Below, one piece after another: positions 8,652 to 18,724 of a stretch of 58,347 nt of DNA. Location of the stretch: the NCBI GenBank assembly GCA_964425275.1, contig CAYRLZ010000060.1, positions 1-58,347 of the forward strand, read 5' to 3'. Positions within the stretch are counted from its first letter, which is position 1. The number at the start of each line of letters is the position of its first letter. Under the pieces are notes generated by a model. The model had not been told where the DNA came from and searched no databases. It saw nothing but the letters and a program-made list of their open reading frames with translations. Position numbers and translations under genes: made by a program. The DNA comes from an uncultured bacterium (GTDB taxonomy: Bacteria > Hydrothermota > Tepidihabitantia > Tepidihabitantales > JBDRVQ01).

Positions 8652-9564
8652 CCCCTCTTTACTCCTCTTTCCTTTAATCGCGATTATTTTTTTATCCCTC
8701 TCCTTAGGACCGGGGGGCGTGAGGGGGGAGATAATTTTTAAGATAAGACTGCCTCGGGTTCTTTTAGGGATTTTTGCCGGCGGGGTCTTATCATTTGTTG
8801 GCGGTGTCTTACAGGGTCTTTTAGAAAATCCGCTCTGCGACCCTTATATCCTGGGTATCGCCTCGGGCGCAACATTTGGCGTTAGTCTTTCCCTCCTCTT
8901 CGGTCACGTCTCCTATTTTTTCATTCCACCTTTTGCCTTTGCCTTTTCGCTTCTCTCCCTCTTTTTTGTTTATACCCTGGCGCAGGTTTCGGGTCGGATT
9001 CAGAAGTTATCCCTTATCCTTTCCGGAGTTCTCATCAGTTTCCTCTTTTCCTCCCTCTCCATTTTGGCGATGACTTTCAGTAAACAGCCCTTGGCACAAA
9101 TTATCTATCTCATTATGGGAAATCTATCGGTTTTATTTTCTCCTTTAACCCTAATGAGTTTTTTGATTGTTTTTATCATTAGTCTCATCTTGCTTTATTT
9201 CCTTTTCTCCTATGCCCAGGAGCTTAATATTTTGTCTACGGGGGAAGAAGCGGCAATCAGTGTTGGTATTGATACCGAGCGACTGGTCCGAATGGTCTTT
9301 ATTATCAGTTCCCTTTTGACTGGTTTTGTCGTCTCTTTTGTTGGCAGTATAAGTTTTGTTGGACTAGTGGTTCCCCATATTGCCCGGGCTCTTTATGGAT
9401 ACGACCATCGGAAAATTCTTCCGGCCTCCTTCCTTTTAGGTTCATCTCTCCTTTTAATTTCGGATATCTTTGCCCGCACGACCGCACCGGTGGAATTACC
9501 TTTAAGTGTCGTCACGGCACTTTTTGGTGTGCCATTTTTCTTTTATCGGTTAAGAAGGTTATAA
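8641..9564 (+). CDS. FecCD/BtuC-family ABC permease
   Basis: Polytopic membrane protein with the conserved FecCD-like C-terminal part (VGLVVPHIAR, LPLSVVTALFGVPFF). Confidence 0.85.
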   Translation: MRNNPSLLLFPLIAIIFLSLSLGPGGVRGEIIFKIRLPRVLLGIFAGGVLSFVGGVLQGLLENPLCDPYILGIASGATFGVSLSLLFGHVSYFFIPPFAFAFSLLSLFFVYTLAQVSGRIQKLSLILSGVLISFLFSSLSILAMTFSKQPLAQIIYLIMGNLSVLFSPLTLMSFLIVFIISLILLYFLFSYAQELNILSTGEEAAISVGIDTERLVRMVFIISSLLTGFVVSFVGSISFVGLVVPHIARALYGYDHRKILPASFLLGSSLLLISDIFARTTAPVELPLSVVTALFGVPFFFYRLRRL

Positions 9565-9585
9565 GCCCAATGATATTCTTTGATT

Positions 9586-10368
9586 ATGGACGCTATTCTT
9601 CTTAAAGAGCTAAGTTTCGGCTATACCAAAGAGAATCTATTTCAGAATTTTTCTCTGAGTATCCCGGAGGGTGATTTTTTGGGTATAATTGGACCAAATG
9701 GCTCAGGCAAGACGACTTTATTAAAGTTAATTGCTGGCCTATTAAAATCTACGAGCGGGCAGGTATTGGTTTTCGGAGAGGACCTTTTTCATCGGAAACC
9801 AAAAGAAAGAGGACGGTTGATTGGTTATATGCCCCAGGAGAGTCACTTCTTATGGAATTTTAAGGTAAAGGAGGTCGTTCTGATGGGTCGGTATCCCTAT
9901 CATAGAAGATTTGAGCGGGAGAAGCGAGAGGATTTTGAGATTGCCGATTTAGCGATGAGATTGACCAATATTATTGATTTGAAAGACCGGGGAATAAATA
10001 ATATCTCAACCGGTGAAAGACAGAGGGCGGTTTTGGCTAGGGTTTTATGCCAGAACCCTAAGATTTTACTCTTAGATGAGGTAACCTCTCATTTAGATAT
10101 TGGTCAGGCGATTGAGATTTTGAGAATCTTACGACACCTCAATACCACTTATAAAATTACCTGTCTCTTTTCGTCCCACGATATAAATTTAGCGGCAATG
10201 GTTGCCAAACGGATTTTACTCCTCGCAAAAGGACAGGTGATTGCCTGTGACCGACCGGATAAGGTTATTCTACCGGAACTATTAGAGAAGGTTTATAGCA
10301 TCCGGCCATTAATCACCACTCACCCTAAATTAAATATCCCTTGGGTTATCCTTAATCTCCGGGAATGA
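9586..10368 (+). CDS. ABC transporter ATP-binding protein (FecE/BtuD type)
   Basis: Walker A GPNGSGKTTLLK, signature STGERQR, Walker B ILLLDE. ATG at 9586. Confidence 0.85.
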   Translation: MDAILLKELSFGYTKENLFQNFSLSIPEGDFLGIIGPNGSGKTTLLKLIAGLLKSTSGQVLVFGEDLFHRKPKERGRLIGYMPQESHFLWNFKVKEVVLMGRYPYHRRFEREKREDFEIADLAMRLTNIIDLKDRGINNISTGERQRAVLARVLCQNPKILLLDEVTSHLDIGQAIEILRILRHLNTTYKITCLFSSHDINLAAMVAKRILLLAKGQVIACDRPDKVILPELLEKVYSIRPLITTHPKLNIPWVILNLRE

Positions 10369-10411
10369 AGTATTTATCTGTCGTCTCATATTTTTATTAT
10401 TCACCCAGGTT

Positions 10412-11599
10412 TTAAAACCTTGTCATTAAGAACACCCAGACTAAACCAATCAGTCCGACGAGGAGAACCGATGGGATAAGTTTTTTATACACGGCACGGG
10501 AATCGGCATTAAAATACTCTTTGGTCAAAAGGAGACAGAAGTGAACTGGTGATAAGAGGACCCCCATATACCCAGCGATATAAAAGATAAGTATGTAAAA
10601 AAGTTTATGGACGAGGGGAATGATACTCATTATTAATGGCAGGGAAAGTCCAACATAAGCCTGGTTTATCCCGGTGGCAAAACCAGTGAGGAAGGGGATA
10701 GTGGTCGCTATCAATATAATAAAGATTGTTTCTAATTTATCAATCTCAGGAAATGAGACACTTTTTATAAATATCTCCTTAAATAAAAATATTAGGAAGA
10801 CAATTAGCAGGATTTTTGCCGAGAAGCCCTTTAGGGTAATTCGTCTCTTTTTATAGATGATGATGAATATTAAGATAAGGGTGGTCAACAAAAGGGCAAT
10901 GAAGGCATCAATTCCAACAATTATCAAAATGGTAATCAAGGCGATGGGCAGAAATGAAAAGAGAAGTTGGAGGTGATTTATTCTTTCGGCGTTTGTGATA
11001 TCGGTAATCATTCGGCTCTCGTCCCGGAGAAAAAAGAGTCCAATGAAAATTGAAATAATGGTGAGGGGAAATAGATAGACCATTAGGGTCTTTATCGGAA
11101 TCCCGGATATTGCCGAAGTGAGTATTAGACCAGGATAAAGTGGCCAGAAGAATTCCCAGATATGTCGGAACCAGTAATTGATATAGGTCTTGGTTACCTC
11201 AGAGATATTTTCCTTCTTTAACTGTATCTCAACCAACGGTGCCGAGAGTAGTGCCCCACCGGGCATTGGCACAAGTCCGATTATTACCGGAGCTAAAAGG
11301 ACAGCGTATCTACGCTTTTTAATCTTAACCAATTCTTTCTCCATCAGATTTAGTAAAGATGAACTCGCCATTAAGCAAGAGAAGATAAGAGAGAGGAATA
11401 CAATACCAATGACCCGCCAGGTATCCCAACTGACGACGGTTTGATAGAAGATATTGAGGAATTCTCTAAGACTTACCCCAAAGAGAATAACCGAAATTAA
11501 ATTTGCGACCAAGAGGACAATCGTCAGGTCTAATTTCCGAAGCATCAAGAGAAGAACCAAAGCAAAGAGGAGGGTTAGTCTCAAGAATACTAACTGCAC
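10412..11599 (-). CDS. Polytopic membrane protein, putative permease
   Basis: 395-aa ORF that is hydrophobic throughout (10 or more predicted TM segments). GTG start at 11599, with an alternative ATG at 11545. Confidence 0.55.
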   Translation of the reverse strand: MQLVFLRLTLLFALVLLLMLRKLDLTIVLLVANLISVILFGVSLREFLNIFYQTVVSWDTWRVIGIVFLSLIFSCLMASSSLLNLMEKELVKIKKRRYAVLLAPVIIGLVPMPGGALLSAPLVEIQLKKENISEVTKTYINYWFRHIWEFFWPLYPGLILTSAISGIPIKTLMVYLFPLTIISIFIGLFFLRDESRMITDITNAERINHLQLLFSFLPIALITILIIVGIDAFIALLLTTLILIFIIIYKKRRITLKGFSAKILLIVFLIFLFKEIFIKSVSFPEIDKLETIFIILIATTIPFLTGFATGINQAYVGLSLPLIMSIIPLVHKLFYILIFYIAGYMGVLLSPVHFCLLLTKEYFNADSRAVYKKLIPSVLLVGLIGLVWVFLMTRF

Positions 11600-11608
11600 A
11601 ATTGGGTC

Positions 11609-12016
11609 TTATAATCTAAGACTTCGAAAATAGTCCCGCAAAATTTTCTTGTGGTCAAAGGCGATTTCTTTTGGGAGGGTGTCTTTGGTAAAGAGCCCCG
11701 TTGCCTGGGCATCGCTTTTTGCCTTTAACTTTCCTTTGCCTTTGCCTGTAAAGACAACCGAGACACAATGGCCTCTCGGGTCTCTTTTTGGTTCAGAATA
11801 GACATGGAACTGTCTCAAATTTCCAATAGTTAATCCGGTTTCCTCTTTTGCCTCTCTTCTGGCGGCCATTTCTACGGTCTCGCCATATTCAACAAATCCG
11901 CCCGGTAAGGCCCAGCCAAAGGGTGGATTCTTTCTCTTGATTAAAACGATTGCGCCTTTATATTCAATAATTATATCAACCGCCAATTTTGGCGAACGAA
12001 ATTTATTATCTAACAT
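11609..12016 (-). CDS. NUDIX hydrolase
   Basis: Nudix box [24 protein letters not shown]. Confidence 0.85.
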   Translation of the reverse strand: MLDNKFRSPKLAVDIIIEYKGAIVLIKRKNPPFGWALPGGFVEYGETVEMAARREAKEETGLTIGNLRQFHVYSEPKRDPRGHCVSVVFTGKGKGKLKAKSDAQATGLFTKDTLPKEIAFDHKKILRDYFRSLRL

Positions 12017-12019
12017 ATT

Positions 12020-12859
12020 TCAATAATTACTTAGGCACTCGGCCAATGCCTCGCGCCAGTGGCGCAGTTCTTTACCAAATATTTTTTTGTAGCGATTATT
12101 CGCCAGGACCGAAAATTTGGGGCGCGGGGCTGGTCTTTTTAATTCTTCGGTCGTAATTGGGTGAACCTCCTTTTTTATCCCTAGTATCTTAACTATCTCT
12201 TTGGCTAATTGGAACCAGGAAGCGGCGCCGGAGTTTATTAGATGATAAATACCAAAGTGCTCACTGGAAATTAAATTGCTTATTGGTTCGCATAAGTCCT
12301 TGGTGTAAGTTGGCGAACCAATCTGGTCATCCACCACCCTTAATTCTTCTCCCTTTTCTATCTTTTCCTTTAACTGATTGACAAAATTCTTTCCCTCCCG
12401 ACTGTAAAGCCAAGCGGTCCGGACAATGAAATATCTTTTTAATTCTTGGGCAATTGCCCTCTCACCTAAATATTTTGTCCAGCCGTAGTAGTTGATTGGA
12501 TTTGGCGCATCATCCTCGGAGTAAGGGCTTCCCTTTTTGCCATCAAAGACATAATCGGTACTTAAATAAAGAAATTTACAGCCGATTTCTTTTGCCCCGA
12601 AGACCAGATTAAGTGTTCCGCGAAAATTTATTTCATAAGTCTTTTCTTTTTTCATCTCACCTTGGTCAACATCGGTGAAGGCGGCGAGGTGAATAAGGCA
12701 ATCCGGCCTTTCGCTTTTAATTCCTTGAAGGATAATTTTTCTTTTAGTGATATCCATTTCTGGGACGTCCCATTCAATTACTTCTAATTTCTTCGCCCTT
12801 AAATAAGGAGTGAGTTGGCGACCAAGCATTCCCCGGGCACCGGTGACAATTATCTTCAT
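12020..12859 (-). CDS. rfbD: dTDP-4-dehydrorhamnose reductase-like NAD(P)-dependent reductase
   Basis: N-terminal MKIIVTGARGMLG Rossmann motif. The length and the STDYVFDG block are typical of RfbD. Confidence 0.75.
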   Translation of the reverse strand: MKIIVTGARGMLGRQLTPYLRAKKLEVIEWDVPEMDITKRKIILQGIKSERPDCLIHLAAFTDVDQGEMKKEKTYEINFRGTLNLVFGAKEIGCKFLYLSTDYVFDGKKGSPYSEDDAPNPINYYGWTKYLGERAIAQELKRYFIVRTAWLYSREGKNFVNQLKEKIEKGEELRVVDDQIGSPTYTKDLCEPISNLISSEHFGIYHLINSGAASWFQLAKEIVKILGIKKEVHPITTEELKRPAPRPKFSVLANNRYKKIFGKELRHWREALAECLSNY

Positions 12860-12869
12860 TATGGATTTT

Positions 12870-14165
12870 TTAGAAAAGTTTACCCGGGAAACCAGGCAGG
12901 CCCTTAAATTGTTTCAAATGCTTTGTCATCTCTTTGAGCATCTTCATCTCTTTCAGGAGGCGGTTGACTTCCTCAACCGTTGTGCCGCTGCCTTCGGCGA
13001 TCCTTCTTCTTCTTGAGCCATCAATTAGTTCGGGATTTTCTCTCTCCTCTTTGGTCATAGAAAGAATAATTGCCTCCATCCGTTTTAACACTTTTTCATC
13101 CACATCCATCCCTTTCATTCCCGGCATCATTGCCATAAATTTAGAGAGAGAGCCCAGTTTTTTAATTGCCCTTAACTGGGTAAGGATGTCTTCAAGGTTA
13201 AATTTACCTTTAAGAAATTTTTCCGCCATCTTTTTCTGGTCTTCTACTTTCAATTCGGTCTCTACCTTTTCCGCCAGGGATTTTAGGTCGCCCATCCCTA
13301 AAATTCGGCTGGCAATCCGGTCGGGATGGAACTCCTCCAATTCTTCAATCTTTTCTCCGACTCCGACAAAATAGATGGGTACGCCCGTCACCATCCTCAC
13401 CGAAAGGCAGGCACCACCCCGGGCATCACCGTCCAGTTTTGTTATTATACACCCATTGATGCCCAGCCGTTCATTAAATTCCTTTGCCTGATTCACCGCA
13501 TCTTGTCCTACCATCGCATCCACGACCAATAGAATATAATGGGGTTTTATTTTATCTTTTAGCGCTTTTAATTCCGCCATCAATTCTTCATCAATATGGA
13601 GCCGACCGGCGGTATCCAAAATGATAAGATTATTCTTTCGTTCTTGGCTAAATTGCAGCGCCTCCTGAGCGGTTTTTATCGCTGTCTCACTGACCGGAAA
13701 GAAATCAACTTTGCTCCTTTGGGCAAGTAGCGCCAATTGCTCCGAGGCCGCCGGTCGCTTTGGGTCACAGGCGACAAGAAGGGGATTTTTGTTCTTAAAG
13801 CGGAAAGCTAATTTGGCAGCGGTGGTCGTTTTACCAGTTCCCTGTAAACCAACCAGGGCGATGATTAGCGGTTGTGCCTTAAATTCCAGTTTTGCTGGCC
13901 TCTCACCTAAAAGATGCACCATCTCCTTGTATAAGACGACCCTCAATAACTCGCCAGGTCTTATCGCCTCGGTTATCTTCTCTTTGGCTAAACTTCCTTC
14001 TAAACTCTTAATGAATTCACCAACCACCTTATGGTTAACATCAGCGTCTAAAAGCAGTAGCCTCATCTCCCGGAGAAAGGAACTTATCTCCCTGGGGGTT
14101 AACTTACCGTAGCCCAAAAGTTTCCTCTGGATCTTTAGTAATTTATCGGATATTATATCAAACAT
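12870..14165 (-). CDS. ffh: Signal recognition particle protein Ffh
   Basis: GLQGTGKTTTAAKLA, DTAGR and a Met-rich M domain (MMPGMKGM). Confidence 0.95.
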   Translation of the reverse strand: MFDIISDKLLKIQRKLLGYGKLTPREISSFLREMRLLLLDADVNHKVVGEFIKSLEGSLAKEKITEAIRPGELLRVVLYKEMVHLLGERPAKLEFKAQPLIIALVGLQGTGKTTTAAKLAFRFKNKNPLLVACDPKRPAASEQLALLAQRSKVDFFPVSETAIKTAQEALQFSQERKNNLIILDTAGRLHIDEELMAELKALKDKIKPHYILLVVDAMVGQDAVNQAKEFNERLGINGCIITKLDGDARGGACLSVRMVTGVPIYFVGVGEKIEELEEFHPDRIASRILGMGDLKSLAEKVETELKVEDQKKMAEKFLKGKFNLEDILTQLRAIKKLGSLSKFMAMMPGMKGMDVDEKVLKRMEAIILSMTKEERENPELIDGSRRRRIAEGSGTTVEEVNRLLKEMKMLKEMTKHLKQFKGLPGFPGKLF

Positions 14166-14797
14166 TTTAATCCGGCTATTGTTTTCTTATAATCCGAAGA
14201 AGAAAAGAGGAAGGTGCCAACGATTATCATATCAACCCCAACCGCGCGCAAAAGTGGAGTATTTTCATAATTGACACCACCGTCAACCGATATTATTAGT
14301 GGACGATTTACCTTCTGGATTATCGCCTTCAATTTCTTTATCTTGGGAATCACCTCCGGGAGGAATTTCTGACCACCAAAACCCGGATGAACGCTCATTA
14401 CTAAAATGTCTTCAATCTCTTCCAAATAAGGCAGAACCTTCTTATAAGAGGTCTTGGGATTAAGCGCGATTCCGCAGCATTTCTTTTCTTTATGGACAAG
14501 ATTGATGCAATGCCTTACCTTTTTGGTTGCCTCGAGATGAAAGATTATTCCTTCGGAATCGGGAAGGAAGTTCTTAATCATCTTCTCCGGCTCTTTGACC
14601 ATCAGATGGGTAATGATTGGTTTGGTGGCTATCTTTTTCAGACATTTCAGGATTGGTATTCCAAAACTAAGATTCGGCACAAAATGTCCATCCATTACAT
14701 CTAAGTGGAAGCAATCAATTCCCGCCGCTTCCGCTTTTTTAATCTCTTCGGCCAAATAGAGAAAATTACAGTTAAGAATTGATGCTGCGATCTTCAT
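14153..14797 (-). CDS. rpe: Ribulose-phosphate 3-epimerase
   Basis: HLDVMDGHFVPNLSFG and SVHPGFGGQKF motifs. Confidence 0.9.
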   Translation of the reverse strand: MKIAASILNCNFLYLAEEIKKAEAAGIDCFHLDVMDGHFVPNLSFGIPILKCLKKIATKPIITHLMVKEPEKMIKNFLPDSEGIIFHLEATKKVRHCINLVHKEKKCCGIALNPKTSYKKVLPYLEEIEDILVMSVHPGFGGQKFLPEVIPKIKKLKAIIQKVNRPLIISVDGGVNYENTPLLRAVGVDMIIVGTFLFSSSDYKKTIAGLKCLI

Positions 14798-15498
14798 CGC
14801 CGCCGCCCCAAGATGACCATCACCTTTTCACCTTTTTTGATGTTTAGCCCTTCTTCGGGATACTGAAAGATGACCTTCCCGGCGGCCTCTTCGCTCTCTT
14901 GTTCCCTTACTTCATCTAACACTAAGGAGAGACTTTCCACCACCTTTTTAACCTCGGGAAGCGAAAGTCCAATAAGGGTCGGCATCGTGACGAAACCTTC
15001 TTTCTGAGTAAAGAGAATTCTGACCAACTTTCCTTTTTCAATTATCGTTCCCGGCGGCGGCAGGACGGAAAGGATTTCTCCTTCTTTTTCACCGTATACA
15101 GTCTCTATCCGGCCGGTTAATCCCGAGATGGTGAGGATTGACAAAAAATCTTCTATCGTCTTCCCTTGAAAACTGGGGACGATAGTTTTACCTCGTCCCT
15201 TACTTAATGTCAAGTCAACGATTTTTCCCTTTTTTACCGCAACTCCCGGCATCGGGCTTTGGGCGATTACTACCCCTTCCGAATATTGAGGGCTAAAGGC
15301 CAATTCTTTAATCCGCGCCGCTAAACCAACTTTTTTTAATTGGCTTTCAGCCATCAGTTGCGAAAGTCCAATTAGGTTGGGAACTAAAACTGTCCTTGGG
15401 ATTTTTGTCAAGATTGGCATCAGGATAAAGTTTAAGAATAGAAGGGCCGTGATAAAACCAACAAAGCCGCCTAAGAAGAAGACAATAATCTTTCTCAT
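14794..15498 (-). CDS. Membrane-anchored protein with three PASTA-like repeats
   Basis: N-terminal TM segment. Three roughly 65-aa repeats begin VPNLIGL, VPSFQGK and MPTLIGL. Confidence 0.6.
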   Translation of the reverse strand: MRKIIVFFLGGFVGFITALLFLNFILMPILTKIPRTVLVPNLIGLSQLMAESQLKKVGLAARIKELAFSPQYSEGVVIAQSPMPGVAVKKGKIVDLTLSKGRGKTIVPSFQGKTIEDFLSILTISGLTGRIETVYGEKEGEILSVLPPPGTIIEKGKLVRILFTQKEGFVTMPTLIGLSLPEVKKVVESLSLVLDEVREQESEEAAGKVIFQYPEEGLNIKKGEKVMVILGRRR

Positions 15499-16424
15499 TA
15501 GTCGATTGTAAATTTTTCTTTGGGTTTTGGTTTGTAGCCATTTAAGAAGTCTCTCCCAGAAATTGCCTTCTTACCCGCGATTTTTAATTCCTTAATTTTC
15601 AAAAGACCGTCTTTTGCCGAAACTAAAAGTTCGCCATCTTGTTCAACGATTTCGCCGGGGGTGCGGGGTGGATAGGATGTAAGTTCCGATTTTAATAAAA
15701 GGACCTTCTTCCCGCGGAAAAATGTGTAGGCTGTGGGTCGGGGAGAAAAGGCGCGAATTTTATTATGAACTACCACCTTCTTCTCTTGCCAGTTGACCGC
15801 GCGCTCGTCCTTTTTTATTGCCGGGGCGTAGGTAGCAAATTCGGGATTTTGAGGAATTGGTTTTACCTCACCCCGGGTAAGCAACCGTAAGGTTTCACTA
15901 AGGAGTTCAGCGCCGAAAAGAAAAAGTCGTTCTTTTAATTCTCCGTAGGTCTCATTTTCTGAAATCGCCGTCTCTTTTTGGAGAATTATTGGTCCAGCAT
16001 CAATCTCTTCGGTCATAAAGAAGGTCGTAACACCAGTTAGTGTCTCTCCGGCAAGAAGTGCTCTTTGAATTGGCGCTGCCCCACGATATTTAGGCAAAAG
16101 CGAAGGGTGAAGATTAATAAATCCCTTAGGGAAGAGATGCAGGAGGAGAGGTTTAATGAAATGGCGGTAAGAGACCAAAACGGCACAATCAATATTCTCT
16201 CTTCTAATCTGGTCGCTTACTTCAAAAGAGTTGGGGTCTTTCGGGTCAAAGACTTTTATCCCCCTTTTCTGGGCAAAGACTTTAAGGGGTGAAGGCTCTA
16301 ATTTTAAGCCTCTCCCTTTTGGTCGGTCGGGATTAGTGACCACGGCGGCTATCCTAAATTCGCCAGTGAGACGCTCAAGAATCGACACAGCCTGATTGTC
16401 ACCGGAGAAGAATATAACCTTCAC
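15498..16424 (-). CDS. fmt: Methionyl-tRNA formyltransferase
   Basis: GTG start overlapping the def stop. INLHPSLLPKYRGAAPIQ motif. Confidence 0.9.
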   Translation of the reverse strand: MKVIFFSGDNQAVSILERLTGEFRIAAVVTNPDRPKGRGLKLEPSPLKVFAQKRGIKVFDPKDPNSFEVSDQIRRENIDCAVLVSYRHFIKPLLLHLFPKGFINLHPSLLPKYRGAAPIQRALLAGETLTGVTTFFMTEEIDAGPIILQKETAISENETYGELKERLFLFGAELLSETLRLLTRGEVKPIPQNPEFATYAPAIKKDERAVNWQEKKVVVHNKIRAFSPRPTAYTFFRGKKVLLLKSELTSYPPRTPGEIVEQDGELLVSAKDGLLKIKELKIAGKKAISGRDFLNGYKPKPKEKFTID

Positions 16425-16930
16425 TTTGTCTTTTGTTTTATTTCTTCCAGTTTCTTTTCAATGAATTGGCGACGGACTTTACTTAAATAATCAATGAGCA
16501 GTTTTCCATCCAGATGGTCAATTTCATGCTTACAAGCCCGAGCCAAAAGTCCATTGAATTCAAACTCTTTCTTTTCTCCGTTCTCGTCCATTCCTTCAAT
16601 TATTATCCTGGCCGGTCTTTTAATGACTTCACTTATCCCGGGTAGAGAAAGACAGCCCTCTTCTCTTTCTCTGATTCCTTCCTCTTTTATTATCCGGGGA
16701 TTAAGGACGACAATAAATTTTTCCCCGGCGGTTTCTTTAAGCCGAAGGACAAAAAGCCGTTTTTCACTACCCACTTGGTTTCCCGCTAATCCTAAGGCAT
16801 CATAATGTTCAACCGTTTCTTTCATATCGGAGATTAAGTTTCTAATTTCTTCATCAATCTCTCCGATTTCTTTGGTTGCCCGTAAAAGAATTGGGTCAGG
16901 AAAAAGTTTGATCTTTCGCACCCTTCCCAT
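16421..16930 (-). CDS. def: Peptide deformylase
   Basis: GLAGNQVG, EGCLSLPG and HEIDHLDG motifs. Confidence 0.95.
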   Translation of the reverse strand: MGRVRKIKLFPDPILLRATKEIGEIDEEIRNLISDMKETVEHYDALGLAGNQVGSEKRLFVLRLKETAGEKFIVVLNPRIIKEEGIREREEGCLSLPGISEVIKRPARIIIEGMDENGEKKEFEFNGLLARACKHEIDHLDGKLLIDYLSKVRRQFIEKKLEEIKQKTK

Positions 16931-16975
16931 ATAGGCTGGACGCTTTACGCTTGCCGGTCAGTCCTCTCGTGTCGA

Positions 16976-17308
16976 TTACCCTTGTTTGCGGTAGGCGATA
17001 GCCCCTTTTTCTATTTCCATTTTGGTATTTTCATCTATTTTGATAATAAATGTCGTCTCCTTAACTTCCGAGATAACGCCGTGGATGCCCGTTGTTGTCA
17101 CAACCCGGTCGCCTTTTTTGATTTGGGAAATCATCGCTTGGTGTCTCTTCTGTCTTCGTTGTTGGGGTAGGAACATCAGGAAATAGATGACCAGAATTAT
17201 CAGGATAAGAGGTAGTAAAGAGCCGAGCGGATTTCTCGCCGGCGGTTCGGTCTGGGCATAACCGAAAGTAAAAATTACTAAGAGCGTCAATAGCAAAAAT
17301 GTCTTCAT
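16976..17308 (-). CDS. yajC: Preprotein translocase subunit YajC
   Basis: 110 aa, with FLPQQRRQKRHQAMISQIKKGDRVVTTTGIHG typical of YajC. SD GGAGGAC. Confidence 0.85.
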   Translation of the reverse strand: MKTFLLLTLLVIFTFGYAQTEPPARNPLGSLLPLILIILVIYFLMFLPQQRRQKRHQAMISQIKKGDRVVTTTGIHGVISEVKETTFIIKIDENTKMEIEKGAIAYRKQG

Positions 17309-17326
17309 ATGTCCTCCAATAAAAGT

Positions 17327-17902
17327 TTAGACCTGATACAATCGATTTTTTAATATATACTGATAGACTTTTTCGGGCAAGAGATAGCGAACCGATATTC
17401 CACTTTTTATTCTTCGCCTTATCTCTTTGCCACTAATTTCAACCTGGGTGACATCCAAGACCAATGCCCGGGGAAATTTCCTCTGCCGGGCTTCATTAAA
17501 TTTTACTCCAGCCCTACGCATCACGCATATCTTGGCTAACTTAAAAAGTTCGTCGGGTTTTTCCCAATTGCTCAGTTCCAAAAACTGGTCAGTGCCAATA
17601 ATTAAAAAGAGGTTGTCCTTGGGATAGAATCTTTTCAATTCCCTTAGTGTATCAATGGTAAACGATTTACCACCTCGCTCTTTCTCAATTTCTGAAATCT
17701 CAAAATAAGGATTATCTTTTATACTCATCTTCACCATTAGCAAACGTTCCTGATAAGGGGCAAATCTCTTTTTATGGGGTGGATTGAACGTCGGTATAAA
17801 AAACACTTTATCCAGTTTCAGTTTCTGCCGGACCTCTTCGGCAACAATTAAATGACCAATATGAATTGGATTAAATGTCCCGCCAAAGATGCCAATCCGC
17901 AT
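17327..17902 (-). CDS. nadD: Nicotinate-nucleotide adenylyltransferase
   Basis: GGTFNPIHIGH motif. Confidence 0.9.
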   Translation of the reverse strand: MRIGIFGGTFNPIHIGHLIVAEEVRQKLKLDKVFFIPTFNPPHKKRFAPYQERLLMVKMSIKDNPYFEISEIEKERGGKSFTIDTLRELKRFYPKDNLFLIIGTDQFLELSNWEKPDELFKLAKICVMRRAGVKFNEARQRKFPRALVLDVTQVEISGKEIRRRIKSGISVRYLLPEKVYQYILKNRLYQV

Positions 17903-17911
17903 AAGGGCAAT

Positions 17912-18724
17912 TCACATTAGCCGGAGGAGTCTTTTTATCTTTTCTTTAATCTTTTCATCAATCGGCTTCTGAAGTAAATCCTCAAAGATTTCTCGGGCTT
18001 CTTCTTTATTGCCATTTTTTAGGCAAATCTGGCCCAAAAGATAACTGGCCGCCATCGCCGTCGCCGTCTCAGGAAATTCTTTAGCGACATATTCAAAGTA
18101 GGTCTTGGCCGATACCAATTCTCCGGCCTGGTAGTACAAAAACCCGGCATCAAATTCTTTCTTGGCTAAGCGGTTATGAATTTCTATGAGGAGGCTATCC
18201 ATTTTAGAAAGAAAAGGGGAGTCAGGGTAGCGGTCCTTAAAATTGAGAATGAATTCCTTAGCCGTTAGAATTTCATTTTGGTCAAAGGTTTTTTTAGGAA
18301 TGGTGAAAATTACCGCGCAGACATATTTATAACTGGCTTCTTCCTGATATTTACTAACCGGGAAGTTTTTTAGGAAAAAGTCATACTCTTCCTTTGCCAA
18401 AAGATACTCTTTGCTTTTGAAATAACTCTCTGCCAAATAGAACTGGGCGTCTTCTACATAAATACTTCCCGGATGCTTGAAGATTATTTCATTGAAACTC
18501 CTTTTGGCTTCTTTATAATTTCCTTGATTTAGGTATTCTATCCCATTTTTTAGTAGCATCTCGGGTGGCATCGGTGGTTTCGTCAGCGGTCTTCGGGCAC
18601 AGCTCAGAGAGATGATGGCTGCCGCATTTATTAGCCAAAGAAGAAGTCTAATAATAGAATACAATTTACTTAATGGACTATTCTGGGTCATTTGATAGCG
18701 GCAATTTCCCCAAGCAATCTTCAC
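17912..18724 (-). CDS. TPR-repeat outer-membrane assembly lipoprotein, BamD/YfiO-like
   Basis: TPR-like repeats. The size and the position next to housekeeping genes fit. The start is either GTG 18724 or ATG 18691. Confidence 0.55.
   Translation of the reverse strand: MKIAWGNCRYQMTQNSPLSKLYSIIRLLLWLINAAAIISLSCARRPLTKPPMPPEMLLKNGIEYLNQGNYKEAKRSFNEIIFKHPGSIYVEDAQFYLAESYFKSKEYLLAKEEYDFFLKNFPVSKYQEEASYKYVCAVIFTIPKKTFDQNEILTAKEFILNFKDRYPDSPFLSKMDSLLIEIHNRLAKKEFDAGFLYYQAGELVSAKTYFEYVAKEFPETATAMAASYLLGQICLKNGNKEEAREIFEDLLQKPIDEKIKEKIKRLLRLM

Noticed and set aside
10402-10422. Palindrome AGGTTTTAAAACCT between the ABC ATPase gene and the convergent membrane-protein gene, as a possible bidirectional terminator.
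   Set aside because: It forms only a 5-bp A/T-rich stem with a 4-nt loop, and it overlaps the stop codon of the minus-strand gene. This is not convincing as a terminator.
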